Shown piece after piece: positions 37,268-51,359 of a DNA stretch of 64,000 bases (within the stretch, counting starts at the first letter, position 1; every line of letters begins with the position of its first letter). A model generated the notes under the pieces. It searched no databases. It was not told where the DNA came from and saw only the letters and a program-made list of their open reading frames with translations. The translations under genes were made by a program, and so were the position numbers. The stretch is from Anaeramoeba ignava BMAN (taxonomy: Eukaryota; Protista; Anaeramoebae). Where the stretch lies: contig JAPDFW010000132.1 of NCBI GenBank assembly GCA_028826165.1, positions 1 to 64,000 of the forward strand, read 5' to 3'.

Positions 37268-40254
37268 TTATTTTTTAGCTAAAATAAAATCTTTAAATTC
37301 TAAAGAAAATAAAAATAAAAATAAAAATTTAAATTTAAATTATTATTTAAAATTATTTAAAATTTATTTTTTACCATCAAGTGTAATTCTTCCATCATTA
37401 TTCTTATCAGCTGCTTGAATCATTTGTTGTATTTCTTCTTGTCCAAAATTTTCACCAAGAGATTTTGCAAAATTATCTAATTTATTTGCATCAATCCAAC
37501 CATCACCATCCTAATTAAAAATTTAATTTAAAAAATTTAATTGAAAAAATTTAATTGAAAAAATTTAATTGAAAAAATTTAATTTAAAAAATTTAATTTA
37601 AAAAATTTAATTTAAAAAATTTTTTACTTGATCAAAAACTTCAAATGCATCTTTTAAATCATCTTCTGGTGTGTCTTGATCATAAAGTTGTCTTGCGAGA
37701 TAACTTAAAAATTCTGGGAAATCAATTACACTGATTTTTTTTTATAAATTATTAATATAAATTAATCAAAAAAAATTTTGTTCATTTCAAAAAGGAAATT
37801 TGATGAAGAAAAAACAAACCCATTTCCATCAATATCAACTTCATTAATCTAAGAAAATTATTAAAATTATTATTATAATTATTATTAAAATTATTATTAA
37901 AATTATTATTAAAATTATTATTAAAATTATTATTAAAATTATTATTAAAATTATTATTAAAATTATTATTAAATTTATTATTAAATTTATTATTAAAATT
38001 ATTATTAAAATTATTATTAAATTTATTATAAAATTTATTATTATATTTATTATTAAAATTATTATTAAAATTATTATTAAAATTATTATTAAAATTATTA
38101 TTAAAATTATTATTAAATTATTATTAAAATTATTATTAAAATTATTATTAAAATTATTATTAAATTTATTATTAAAATTATTATTAAAATTATTATTAAA
38201 TTTATTATTAAATTTATTATTAAAATTATTATTAAAATTATTATTAAAATTATTATTAAATTTATTATTAAATTTATTATTAAATTTATTATTAAAATTA
38301 TTATTATAATTATTATTAAAATTATTATTAAAATTATTATTAAAATTATTATTAAAATTTTATTATTAAATTTATTATTATTAAAATTATTATTAAAATT
38401 ATTAAATTATTATTATTAAAATTATTATTAAAATTTATTATTAAAATTATTATTAAAATTATTATTATTAAAATTATTATTAAAATTATTATTATTAAAA
38501 TTATTATTAAAATTATTATTAAATTTATTATTAAATTTATTATTAAAAATTATTAAAATTATTATTAAAATTATTATTAAAATTATTATTAAAAATTTAT
38601 TATTAAATTTATTATTAAAATTATTATTAAATTTATTATTAAAATTATTATTAAAATTATTATTAAAATTATTATTAAATTTATTATTAAATTTATTTTA
38701 TTAAATTTATTATTAAAATTATATTATAATTATTATTATTAAAATTATTATTAAATTTATTATTAAATTTATTATTAAAATTTATTATTAAAATTATTAT
38801 TAAAATTATTATTATTAAAATTATTATTAAAATTATTATTAAAATTATTATTAAAATTTATTATTAAAATTATTATTAAAAATTATTATTATTAAAATTA
38901 TTATTAAAATTATTATTAAAAATATTAAATTTATTATTAAATTTATTATTAAAAAATTATTATTATTATTAAATTTATTATTAAATTTTATTAAATTTAT
39001 TATTAAATTTATTATTAATTTTTATTATTAAATTTATTATTAATTATTATTATTAAAAATTATTATTATAATTATTAAAAATTATTATTAAAATTATTAT
39101 TAAAATTATTATTAAATTTATTATTAAATTTATTATTAAAATTTATTATTAAAATTATTATTAAAATTATTATTAAAATTATTATTAAAATTATTATTAA
39201 AATTATTATTAAAATTATTATTAAAATTATTATTAAATTTATTATTAAAATTATTATTAAATTTATTATTAAATTTATTATTAAATTTATTATTAAATTT
39301 ATTATTAAATTTATTATTAAATTATTATTAAAATTATTATTAAATTATTATTAAAAAATTATTATTAAAATTATTATTAAATTTATTATTAAATTTATTA
39401 TTAAATTTATTTATTAAATTTATTATTAAATTTATTATTAAATTTATTATTAAAATTTATTATTAAATTTATTATATATTAAATTATTAAAATTATTATT
39501 TATTATTAAAATTATTATTAAATTATTATTATTAAAATTTATTATTAAATTTATTATTAAATTTATTTATAAATTTTTATTATTTAATTATTATTATTAT
39601 TAAATTTATTATTAAATTTATTATTAAATTTATTATTAAAATTATTATTAAAATTATTATTAAAATTATTATTAAAAAATTATTAAAATTATTATTAAAA
39701 TTATTATTAAAATTATTATTAAAAATTATTATTAAATTTATTATTAAATTTATTATTAAATTTATTATTAAATTTATTATTAAAATTTATTAAATTATTA
39801 TTAAATTTATTATTAAAATTATTATTAAATTTATTATTAAATTTATTATTAAAATTATTATTAAATTTATTATTAAAATTATTATTAAAATTATTATTAA
39901 ATTTATTATAAAATTTATTATTAAATTTATTATTAAATTTATTATTAAATTTATTATTAAAATTATTATTAAATTTATTATTAAATTTGTTCTGTTTATC
40001 AATACCATATCTTTGATTTCTGATTCTGTTGGATTTTGTCCTAAACTTCTCATTACTGTTCTTAATTCTTTAGCATCAATAACTCCCTTTTATTTTTAAT
40101 AAACAAAAAAAAAATTTAATTTAATTTAAAAGTGGACAAATTAAAAATTAAAAATTAAAAATTATTTAGATTAATTTACATCATTATTTTTATCAATTAA
40201 ACGGAAAGCTTCACGAAATTCTGCAAGTTGAACGTTAGTTAAAGCATCTGCCAT
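37268..40254 (-). CDS. Calmodulin-like EF-hand protein, 151 aa, 6 exons (40254-40180, 40086-40006, 37848-37820, 37730-37628, 37510-37375, 37299-37268)
   Basis: Spliced product [70 protein letters not shown]...[21 protein letters not shown]; exon lengths sum to 456 nt. Confidence 0.92.
37860..39985. repeat. 12-bp (attattattaaa/tttattattaaa)n satellite filling the ~2.15-kb intron 2 of the calmodulin-like gene
   Basis: Direct inspection; essentially A/T only. Confidence 0.92.
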
Positions 40255-40735
40255 TATAAAAAAAAAATAAAAATAAAAAAGGAAAAATGAAAAAAAATAT
40301 TAAAAAAAAAATAAAAATAAAAAAGGAGAAAAATTTAAATTTTTTATCTTTTTCTCCTTTTTTTTTAATTAATTTAATTAAAAAGAATTAAAGTCAAATT
40401 TCTTCAATTTTCTTCAATTAAAAAAATTAAAAAATTTTAAAAGAAAGATGGTTAATTTCTTGTTTTTATTTTAAATATTTAAAATATTTTGAATTAAGTT
40501 CATTTGCTTTTTTTGGTTTTTTTTTTTGATTATTTTTTTCTTTGCTTTCCAAAATGAAAAAATTTTTTTTAAAAAAGATCAAATTGATGAATCAACTTCA
40601 TTTTCAATTTAAAAAACATAAAAATAAAAATAAAAATTAAAATAAAATTTAAATTCCATTTGTTTTTTTTTTCAATTTAAATTTTTCATTTTTTTCATTT
40701 TTTTTCATTTTTAATTTTTATAGTTTGTTAGAAAA

Positions 40736-43596
<2,861 letters not shown>

Positions 43597-43767
43597 ATTT
43601 TTTTTTCATTCTTAATTTTTTAATTCGTTTTTTTTTTTTCAACAATTTTTTTCTTTTTTTTCTTTTAAAAAAAAAACACATTCCAAATTTTGAAATAAAA
43701 GAAAACACAATTAAAATTCTAAAAAAGAAATTATTTAATAAATTGAACTAAAATTTTAAAAAAGAAT

Positions 43768-45216
43768 TTAAATGAAGAAAGTTTCAAGTTCTTCAACTTT
43801 CCATGAAGAATAAGAACCAGCTAAATAATTTTTAGTTTCATTTGAAAATAATTCAATTTCATTAGGAATATTATAAGAATATCCAAAACTAGAATAACCA
43901 GATTTTAAATCAGAATCTAAACTGAAATCATGTCCAGCTCCAAAACTTGGACCTTTTCGAGAATAATTATAATAAATTGAATGTTCTTCTTTTCCTTTTT
44001 TAATTGTAAATTTTTCAGGTTTTCTATTATTCTTATCATTTCTTAATGAAAAAATAAATGCATTTTTATCTGGAATAAATCCATTATTATATCTTCTATC
44101 ATTTTCTTTCCATTTTGATTTATCATTTGTAAATCCAATTTGTGTAAATCCTCCAAAAATAAAATTATCTTTTGTTTTAATAATAATTAGTGTTTTTCCT
44201 TTATTATCACAAATTGAATGCCATTTTTGAGAATCAAATCCATCTTTTTTTGCTGAAAATCCTTTTTTCATTTTGTAAAAGAATTCATTATCATTTATCC
44301 ATTCTTTTAATTTCTTGAAATGTTTAATTTCTTCAATAATTATTGATTTAAATTTAAATCTTGATTTGAAAATAAATAAATTTTCATTTTGAATAAATTT
44401 ATCTAATTCTTTTTCATCTTCTTGAAGTTTTTGGAATTGAATTAATTTTTGTGAAATTTGATTTGGAATTAAATCTTGTTTCAAAGTATCTTCAAGTTCT
44501 TCTTTTGAAAAATCAATAAATCTGATTTTTTCAATAATATTTGAAATTTGTTTTTGTAATTGTTCTTCTTCTTCATTTTCTTTTTCTTGATTAATATTTA
44601 ATTTATGTTTTCCCCATTTTATTATTGATTGGAAAAGTTCAAATTCATTTGTTAAAAGGATATCATTTGATAATATTAAATTTAAATGATTTTCTTCAAG
44701 TTCAAGAAAAAATGAAGTTTTGATAAATTTTGTAAAATTTTCAAAAATAAATTGATAAGAAAAATCCAATAAATGATTTAAGTTCATTGATTCAGATAAT
44801 TTAAGAACATCAATAATAGTTTCAATTTGTAAATTCTTTTTGATAAAATTTGAAGAAATTTCAATTAATTCATCAATTAAATATTTTGATGAAAAAATTA
44901 AAATTTCAATAACATTTTCTGAATTAATTTCAATTTTTCCTGAATAAAAATAATTCAAAATTGAAAATAGAATTGAACTTGAAACATCTTTTAGAATTAA
45001 TTTATTTTCTTGATATTCTTTCATTTTGGATTTGAAAAGAGTTTTAAAATATTCACTTCTTGAAGAAAGAATTGATTTATGAGTTTTAAATGAAATTTGA
45101 TTTTGTTCACAATTTATTTCAAAATCAAAATAACTTTCTTCTTGATTTTGATTTTGATTTTGAAATAAATTTTTTAAATCATTTGAAAGTTTTTCTAAAT
45201 TTAAATAATTTTCCAT
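43768..45216 (-). CDS. BTB-BACK-TLDc protein, copy 1
   Basis: BTB motif FKTHKSILSSRSEYF...YFYSG; BACK motif EFELFQSIIKW...IRF; TLDc motif KDGFDSQKWHSICDNKGKTL...FGGFT...AFIFSL...GPSFG...LETF. Confidence 0.9.
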   Translation of the reverse strand: MENYLNLEKLSNDLKNLFQNQNQNQEESYFDFEINCEQNQISFKTHKSILSSRSEYFKTLFKSKMKEYQENKLILKDVSSSILFSILNYFYSGKIEINSENVIEILIFSSKYLIDELIEISSNFIKKNLQIETIIDVLKLSESMNLNHLLDFSYQFIFENFTKFIKTSFFLELEENHLNLILSNDILLTNEFELFQSIIKWGKHKLNINQEKENEEEEQLQKQISNIIEKIRFIDFSKEELEDTLKQDLIPNQISQKLIQFQKLQEDEKELDKFIQNENLFIFKSRFKFKSIIIEEIKHFKKLKEWINDNEFFYKMKKGFSAKKDGFDSQKWHSICDNKGKTLIIIKTKDNFIFGGFTQIGFTNDKSKWKENDRRYNNGFIPDKNAFIFSLRNDKNNRKPEKFTIKKGKEEHSIYYNYSRKGPSFGAGHDFSLDSDLKSGYSSFGYSYNIPNEIELFSNETKNYLAGSYSSWKVEELETFFI

Positions 45217-45810
45217 TTTTAAAATAAAAATGAAAAAAATAAAAAAAATGAAAAAAAATGGATTTTAAATTTTTTTTGCTTTTGATTTTTGCTTTTGTTT
45301 TTTGTTTTTTGTTTGATCATTGATTTTAAAACTGATTTTAAAATTGATTTTAAAACTGATTTTTGTTTGATCATTGATTTTAAAACTGATTTTAATTTTC
45401 AAATTGAATAATTGAAAAAAATTGAAAAAAAATTGAAAAAAAAATTAAATTTAAAATCAACAAGATCATTTTTTTCTCATTTTTTCTAATTTTTTCTAAT
45501 TTTTTTTCTTTTCTTTTGTTTCTTTTGTTTCTTTCAGCATTAATTTGTAATTTTACCAATTCAAAAAACAATCCCAATAATCCAAATAACTCAAAAAACA
45601 AACCAAATAACAATCCAAAAAACAATCCAAAATAAATAAAAAATAATTAAAAAACAATTTAAAAATAACTCAAAAACAATTCAAAAAATAATTAAAAAAT
45701 AATTTAAAAATAAATCAAAAAACAACTCAAAAAACAAATTCAAAATAAATTTAAAAATAAATTTGTTTCTTTTTCTTTTATTTAATTAAAAAAAAAAAAG
45801 CAAAAAAAAA

Positions 45811-47898
45811 ATGAACAAAACTTCCTTCTTTTTAATCCTTTTAATAATTTTAACAACACAAATTGGGAAAGTATCAACAAAATTATTCGAAACTATTCCA
45901 GGAAACTTTACACAATTAGATATACTTACAGAACCATCAACTCAAGATTATGGAAGAAGTTCTTCAGTTTTCAATGATGTAATTATAGTTGGAGATTCAT
46001 TTACAATGCAAGTTTTTATCTACAGATGCAACGGATCAACATTTATTTTAGAACAAACATTAAGTGAACCAAGTGCGAAATTTGGATTTAGTTCATCAAT
46101 TTCAGGAAATGTAATTGTTGTTGGTTCAAATGAATCACAAGAAGTATTCGTTTACAGATATAATGGATCATATTGGAATCTTGAAGAGAATTTTTCAGGT
46201 TCGATTGGATATGGATTTAGTGTTTCAGTTGATGAAGATGTTATTGTTGTTGGAGCTTGTGGTTCAAAACAAGCATTTATTTACAGATATAATGGATCTA
46301 ATTGGAATCTTGAAGAGAACTTGTCTCAAAATTTAGATGGTTATGGAAATGCTGTTGCAGTTTCAGGTGATGTTAGTGTTATTTCAGCAAATTTATCCAA
46401 ACAAGCATTTATTTACAGATATAATGGATCTAATTGGTTTATTGAACAAAATTTTACTGGTGGTTCTTATGGGTATTTGGGAACTGATGTTGCAACTTCA
46501 GGTGATGTTGTTCTTATTTCAGATATTTGGAATGATATAGTATGGGCTTATCGATATTCTGAAGGAAATTGGACTTTGGAGCAAACAATTATTTATACAG
46601 GAGTTGGTGGATCAGGATTAGAAAATCAAAATCAAAATCAAAATCAAAATCAAAATCAAAATCAAAATCAAAATCAAATTCCAACATTATCAGGAGAATT
46701 TGATTTTGGTTCATCCCTTTCAATTTCAGGTGATTTTATTGCTGTTGGAGCTGATGCCACATGTATATTTTTTTACCAATATTATTCAGATCAATGGAAT
46801 AAAACATTTGGATACAAGATAATTCAAACAAATGAACATGTGACTGCAGGAATTTCGGGAATTATTGGTGTTTGGGGAGTTACATTCTCAAATCAAGCAT
46901 TTGTTTATGCAATGGTTCCACCAACAATTAATTTGATAAATTGTAGTTCACTTTATTCTTCATTTGAATGTTATTGGAATGAAACTGATTATCCATTTCC
47001 ACTTTATTATCAAATAGATTATGGAGTTGGATGGCAAATTATGGAAGAACCAATTATTTTAGAAGGAAATATTTCTTATCAAATATTCAATTCATTTTAT
47101 CCAAATATAACTGGAAATGCGAATTATTCAATAATAATTCAAGCTTGTGAACCTGTTTCAAAATTATGTGGAACTCAATCTTCACAAATTGATTTAACAA
47201 CAAGAATTCCTGTTGTTCAAAATTTAACTTTTGTTTCAACAAATGAATCAATCAATGTTACTTGGAATCCACCAAATGTTACAATGGATGGAGAAATTCC
47301 AGATCTTGATCATTATTTGATTACTTATTATCAAGAGAATGAATTAAGTATTACAAATATCACAGTTGACAATACAACAACTTCATTTGAAATGACTTCA
47401 TTAGATTGTGGAACAACTTATTATTTTGCAATTTATGCTTGTAGAACATTAGCATGTTTAGGAGATGATATGGGAGCATTATTTTCAACAACAATAGATA
47501 CAATGTTTGGCCCAGTTTATTTACTTCAATGCTCAAGTCATCCTTTATCAATTTCATGTAGTTGGCTTATTCCAGTTAATTGCGCTAATAATCCATTTTT
47601 TTACTCATTCAGTTTTCAATCAAGTTCAGGAATAGATTCAGGTTCATTTTTAGTTAATGGAACATCTACTTCTTTTAATACACAATATGATGATGAAGAT
47701 TATTTCATTCAAGTTTCTGCTTGTGATGATTATTTTAGTTGTGGAGAAAGTAGTTTATCATCTGCACAACCTGGAACATTAACAAGTAGTAATTCTACTT
47801 CAAAAAGTATAATTACTATTTCGGTATTGTTTCTTGTTTTAGGATTTATCTTTTTGGTTGGAGCATTTTGCATTGTTAACAAACACCTTCATTTTTAA
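45811..47898 (+). CDS. Type I membrane protein, copy 1: signal peptide, ~7 FG-GAP-like propeller blades, 3 Cys-containing FN3-like domains, TM helix, 7-aa tail
   Basis: Repeats of (F/Y)GxSvsisGdvivvG...vfIYRYnGs.W.lEq; FN3-like motifs (INVTWNPP, Y.I.Y, L.CGTTY.F.I.AC); hydrophobic N- and C-terminal segments. Confidence 0.8.
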   Translation: MNKTSFFLILLIILTTQIGKVSTKLFETIPGNFTQLDILTEPSTQDYGRSSSVFNDVIIVGDSFTMQVFIYRCNGSTFILEQTLSEPSAKFGFSSSISGNVIVVGSNESQEVFVYRYNGSYWNLEENFSGSIGYGFSVSVDEDVIVVGACGSKQAFIYRYNGSNWNLEENLSQNLDGYGNAVAVSGDVSVISANLSKQAFIYRYNGSNWFIEQNFTGGSYGYLGTDVATSGDVVLISDIWNDIVWAYRYSEGNWTLEQTIIYTGVGGSGLENQNQNQNQNQNQNQNQNQIPTLSGEFDFGSSLSISGDFIAVGADATCIFFYQYYSDQWNKTFGYKIIQTNEHVTAGISGIIGVWGVTFSNQAFVYAMVPPTINLINCSSLYSSFECYWNETDYPFPLYYQIDYGVGWQIMEEPIILEGNISYQIFNSFYPNITGNANYSIIIQACEPVSKLCGTQSSQIDLTTRIPVVQNLTFVSTNESINVTWNPPNVTMDGEIPDLDHYLITYYQENELSITNITVDNTTTSFEMTSLDCGTTYYFAIYACRTLACLGDDMGALFSTTIDTMFGPVYLLQCSSHPLSISCSWLIPVNCANNPFFYSFSFQSSSGIDSGSFLVNGTSTSFNTQYDDEDYFIQVSACDDYFSCGESSLSSAQPGTLTSSNSTSKSIITISVLFLVLGFIFLVGAFCIVNKHLHF

Positions 47899-48010
47899 AA
47901 TCTTTCTTTTTCCAAAAAATTCAAATCAAAATCAAAATCAAATTCAAAATCAAAATCAAAATTCAAATCAAAATCAAATAAAATTCAAAATCAAATTTTA
48001 TTTTTAATTT

Positions 48011-49456
48011 TTAAATGAAAAAAGTTTCAACTTCATCAACAAACCATTGATTAAAAGAACCAGCTAAATAATTTTTAGCTTCATTTGAAAATAATTCAAT
48101 TCCATTAGGAGTATTATAAGTATGACCAAAATTTGAGCATCCAGTTTGTAAATCTTGTTTCAAATAAAAATCTGAACCAGCTCCAAAATTTGGTCCTCTT
48201 AAAAAATGAAAATAGATAGCATATTGAGAAAATTCTTTTTTAATTGTAAATTTCTCAGGTTTTCTATCATTTTTATCATTTCTTAATGAAAAAATAAATG
48301 CATTTTTATCTGGAATAAATCCATTATTATATCTTCTATCATTTTCTTTCCATTTTGATTTATCATTTGTAAATCCAATTTGTGTAAACCCTCCAAAAAT
48401 GTAATTATCTTTTGTTTTGATAATAATTAGTGTTTTTCCTTTATTATCACAAATTGAATGCCATTTTTGAGAATCAAATCCATCTTTTTTTGCTGAAAAT
48501 CCTAGTCGCATTTTGTAAAAGAATTCATTATCATTTATCCATTCTTTTAATTTCTTGAAATGTTTAATTTCTTCAATAATTATTGATTTAAATTTAAATC
48601 TTGTTTTGAAAATAAATAAATTTTCATTTTGAATAAATTTATCTAATTCTTTTTCATCTTCTTGAAGTTTTTGGAATTGAATTAACTTTTGTGAAATTTG
48701 ATTTGGAATTAAATCTTGTTTTAAAGTATCTTCAAGTTCTTCTTTTGAAAAATCAATAAATCTTATTTTATCAATAATATTTGAAATTTGTTTTTTTAAT
48801 TGTTCTTCTTCTTCATTTTCTTTTTCTTGATTAATATTTAATTTATGTTTTCCCCATTTTATTATTGATTGGAAAAGTTCAAATTCATTTGTTAAAAGGA
48901 TATCATTTGATAATATTGAATTTAAATGATTTTCTTCAAGTTCAAGAAAAAATGAAGTTTTGATAAATTTTGTAAAATTTTGATAAATAAATTGATAAGA
49001 AAAATCCAATAAATGATTTAAGTTCATTGATTCAGATAATTTAAGAACATCAACAATAGTTTCAATTTGTAAATTCTTTTTGATAAAATTTGAAGAAATT
49101 TCAATTAATTCATCAATTAAATATTTTGATGAAAAAATTAAAATTTCAATAACATTTTCTAAATTAATTTCAATTTTTCCTGAATAAAAATAATTCAAAA
49201 TTGAAAATAGAATTGAACTTGAAACATCTTTTAGAATTAATTTATTTTCTTGATATTCTTTCATTTTGGATTTGAAAAGAGTTTTAAAATATTCACTTCT
49301 TGAAGAAAGAATTGATTTATGAGTTTTAAATGAAATTTGATTTTGTTCACAAATTATTTCAAAATCAAAATAATTTTCTTCTTGATTTTGATTTTGATTT
49401 TGAAATAAATTTTTTAAATCATTTGAAAGTTTTTCTAAATTTAAATAATTTTCCAT
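48011..49456 (-). CDS. BTB-BACK-TLDc protein, copy 2
   Basis: Near-identical to copy 1 except for the last ~75 aa. Confidence 0.9.
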   Translation of the reverse strand: MENYLNLEKLSNDLKNLFQNQNQNQEENYFDFEIICEQNQISFKTHKSILSSRSEYFKTLFKSKMKEYQENKLILKDVSSSILFSILNYFYSGKIEINLENVIEILIFSSKYLIDELIEISSNFIKKNLQIETIVDVLKLSESMNLNHLLDFSYQFIYQNFTKFIKTSFFLELEENHLNSILSNDILLTNEFELFQSIIKWGKHKLNINQEKENEEEEQLKKQISNIIDKIRFIDFSKEELEDTLKQDLIPNQISQKLIQFQKLQEDEKELDKFIQNENLFIFKTRFKFKSIIIEEIKHFKKLKEWINDNEFFYKMRLGFSAKKDGFDSQKWHSICDNKGKTLIIIKTKDNYIFGGFTQIGFTNDKSKWKENDRRYNNGFIPDKNAFIFSLRNDKNDRKPEKFTIKKEFSQYAIYFHFLRGPNFGAGSDFYLKQDLQTGCSNFGHTYNTPNGIELFSNEAKNYLAGSFNQWFVDEVETFFI

Positions 49457-49508
49457 TTTTAAAATAAAAAAAATGAATTTTAAATTTTCATTTTTTTCAT
49501 TTCAAAAA
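49457..49508. promoter_or_regulatory. 52-bp bidirectional promoter with back-to-back TTCATTTT motifs
   Basis: Entire space between divergent ATGs at 49456 and 49509; near-identical to 55917-55967. Confidence 0.6.
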
Positions 49509-51332
49509 ATGAATGACTGTTTATTTTTTGGTTCAAATCAATATCCAAAACTTATCAAAAATAAACTACAAAAAATAACAAAACCAACTCAATTTAAATT
49601 TGAAAATGAAAATGAAAATGAAAATGAAAAACAAATTAAGCAAATTTCAACAGGAAATTTTTCAATAATTTTCCTTTTTAAAAATGGAAAAGCAATAGAA
49701 TATTTAAAATATTCAAATCAAAATCCTGAAAAAATCCAAATTGAAGAAAATATTCAAAAAGTAACTGCAGGCTCTTATAATGAAGCTATTTTAACAATAG
49801 AAGGAAATGTATTTGCCAAAGGAGAAAATATTAATCCAGAAAAGGCAAATAAATTTATCAATATTTCATCATTAATTGAAGATAAAAAAGATAGAATAAT
49901 TGAAGATATTATTTCTGGTTATAGTTCAATTTACTTATTAACTTCAAATCAAAATGCTTATGGAATTGGTTCAAATCAATATGGTCAACTTGGTTTTGAT
50001 TCTGAAACACTTAAAAGAAAAGAAAAGCCAATTTTAATGATGAAAAATGTTTCTAAAATATTTTCAGGAATTTCTTCAAATCATGTTTTTCTTTTAAATT
50101 CAAATCAAGAATTATTTGTATGCGGATATAACGAATATGGTCAACTTGGATTAGGAGAATCAAGAAAAGAAGAAACAAAAATCAAAAAATTAACCAAAAT
50201 CCAAAATATTCCAAAAGGTAAAATAATTGATATTCAATGTGGATATCTTCATTCAATAATGTTGATTGAAAATGAAGATGGGAAAAGAAAACTTTATTCA
50301 TGTGGATATTATTCATTTAATGGACTTGGCAAAAATCGTGATGAACATACTTATGGATTTACTGAAATCAAATCATCTTTATTTGAAAATAATGATAATA
50401 TTCTTGAATTTTCTTGTGGAAATTCACATACTTTGATTTTAACTTCAAATGCGAAGTTAATAGGATTTGGAAGTAATTATTATGGTCAATTAGGAACTGG
50501 AAATACAGAAGATCAATCAATTCCAATTCAAATTGAACTTCCTAAATTAAGATTTAATGAAAATATTTCTAATTATCATATTTCTTGTGGATTGAACAAA
50601 TCATTCTTTTATTATTCTTCTCCTTCCTTTTCCAATCTTGAAGAAGATTTGATAAAATTATTTAGAAGAAAAGAATTTTGCGATATTTCATTTAAAACAA
50701 AAAATGGAGAAATAATTGAAGCTCATAAATTAATATTGAAATATAGATTAAATCAAAATCAAAATGAAATTGAAAAACTTCAAGAAATTATTTCAAAAAA
50801 ATCAATTAAAGAATCAAATCAAATATTTGAAATGATTTATTCAAACAATTCCAAAATAAATCCAAAATTATATTCTGAAATTAAAGAAATTATAAATTTA
50901 AATGAAAAAATTGAAGAAACAATTAAAAGAATTTATTTAAATAAAAATGAAAATGAAAAAGATTTTATAATTGAAAGAAAAGAAAAACAATATAAATTTC
51001 CAAAATTAATATTAATAATGAGAAGTGAATTATATCGAGGAATGTTTTTATCTGTTATAAATGATAAATCTAATAAAGTTACAGATTATAGTGAATTAAG
51101 TAATAAATCATTTCAAATATTTGAATATTGGATTTATTCAAATCAAATTAAAGATGAAATTCAAATTACACAAGAAATAATTGATGAAATTCAAATTGGA
51201 ATTGATTATTTTCAATTAAATCAAACAAATCCAAATTTATTTGATTTATTAATTAACAAATTTAATAATCAAAATTACAAGAAGAAAGAAGAAAAGAAAG
51301 AAGAAAAGAAAGAAAAATGTTTAATTTTTTAA
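49509..51332 (+). CDS. RCC1-repeat propeller + two BTB-like domains + charged tail ending in CaaX (KCLIF), copy 1
   Basis: GxNxYGQLG and CGxxHS/T RCC1 motifs; FCDISF...AHKLIL and KDFII...FPKLILIMRSELYR BTB motifs. Start MNDCLFFG is shared with paralogs. Confidence 0.88.
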   Translation: MNDCLFFGSNQYPKLIKNKLQKITKPTQFKFENENENENEKQIKQISTGNFSIIFLFKNGKAIEYLKYSNQNPEKIQIEENIQKVTAGSYNEAILTIEGNVFAKGENINPEKANKFINISSLIEDKKDRIIEDIISGYSSIYLLTSNQNAYGIGSNQYGQLGFDSETLKRKEKPILMMKNVSKIFSGISSNHVFLLNSNQELFVCGYNEYGQLGLGESRKEETKIKKLTKIQNIPKGKIIDIQCGYLHSIMLIENEDGKRKLYSCGYYSFNGLGKNRDEHTYGFTEIKSSLFENNDNILEFSCGNSHTLILTSNAKLIGFGSNYYGQLGTGNTEDQSIPIQIELPKLRFNENISNYHISCGLNKSFFYYSSPSFSNLEEDLIKLFRRKEFCDISFKTKNGEIIEAHKLILKYRLNQNQNEIEKLQEIISKKSIKESNQIFEMIYSNNSKINPKLYSEIKEIINLNEKIEETIKRIYLNKNENEKDFIIERKEKQYKFPKLILIMRSELYRGMFLSVINDKSNKVTDYSELSNKSFQIFEYWIYSNQIKDEIQITQEIIDEIQIGIDYFQLNQTNPNLFDLLINKFNNQNYKKKEEKKEEKKEKCLIF

Positions 51333-51359
51333 ATTAAAATTAAAATTAAAATCAAAACA

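Noticed and set aside
49473-49508. Upstream in-frame ATG (MNFKFSFF...) as the RCC1 start; likewise 5599 for SLC35A
   Set aside because: At 49473 the ATG is part of the antisense TCAT motif and is out of frame in the second copy. In both cases the ATG lies upstream of the sense-strand initiator-like motifs.
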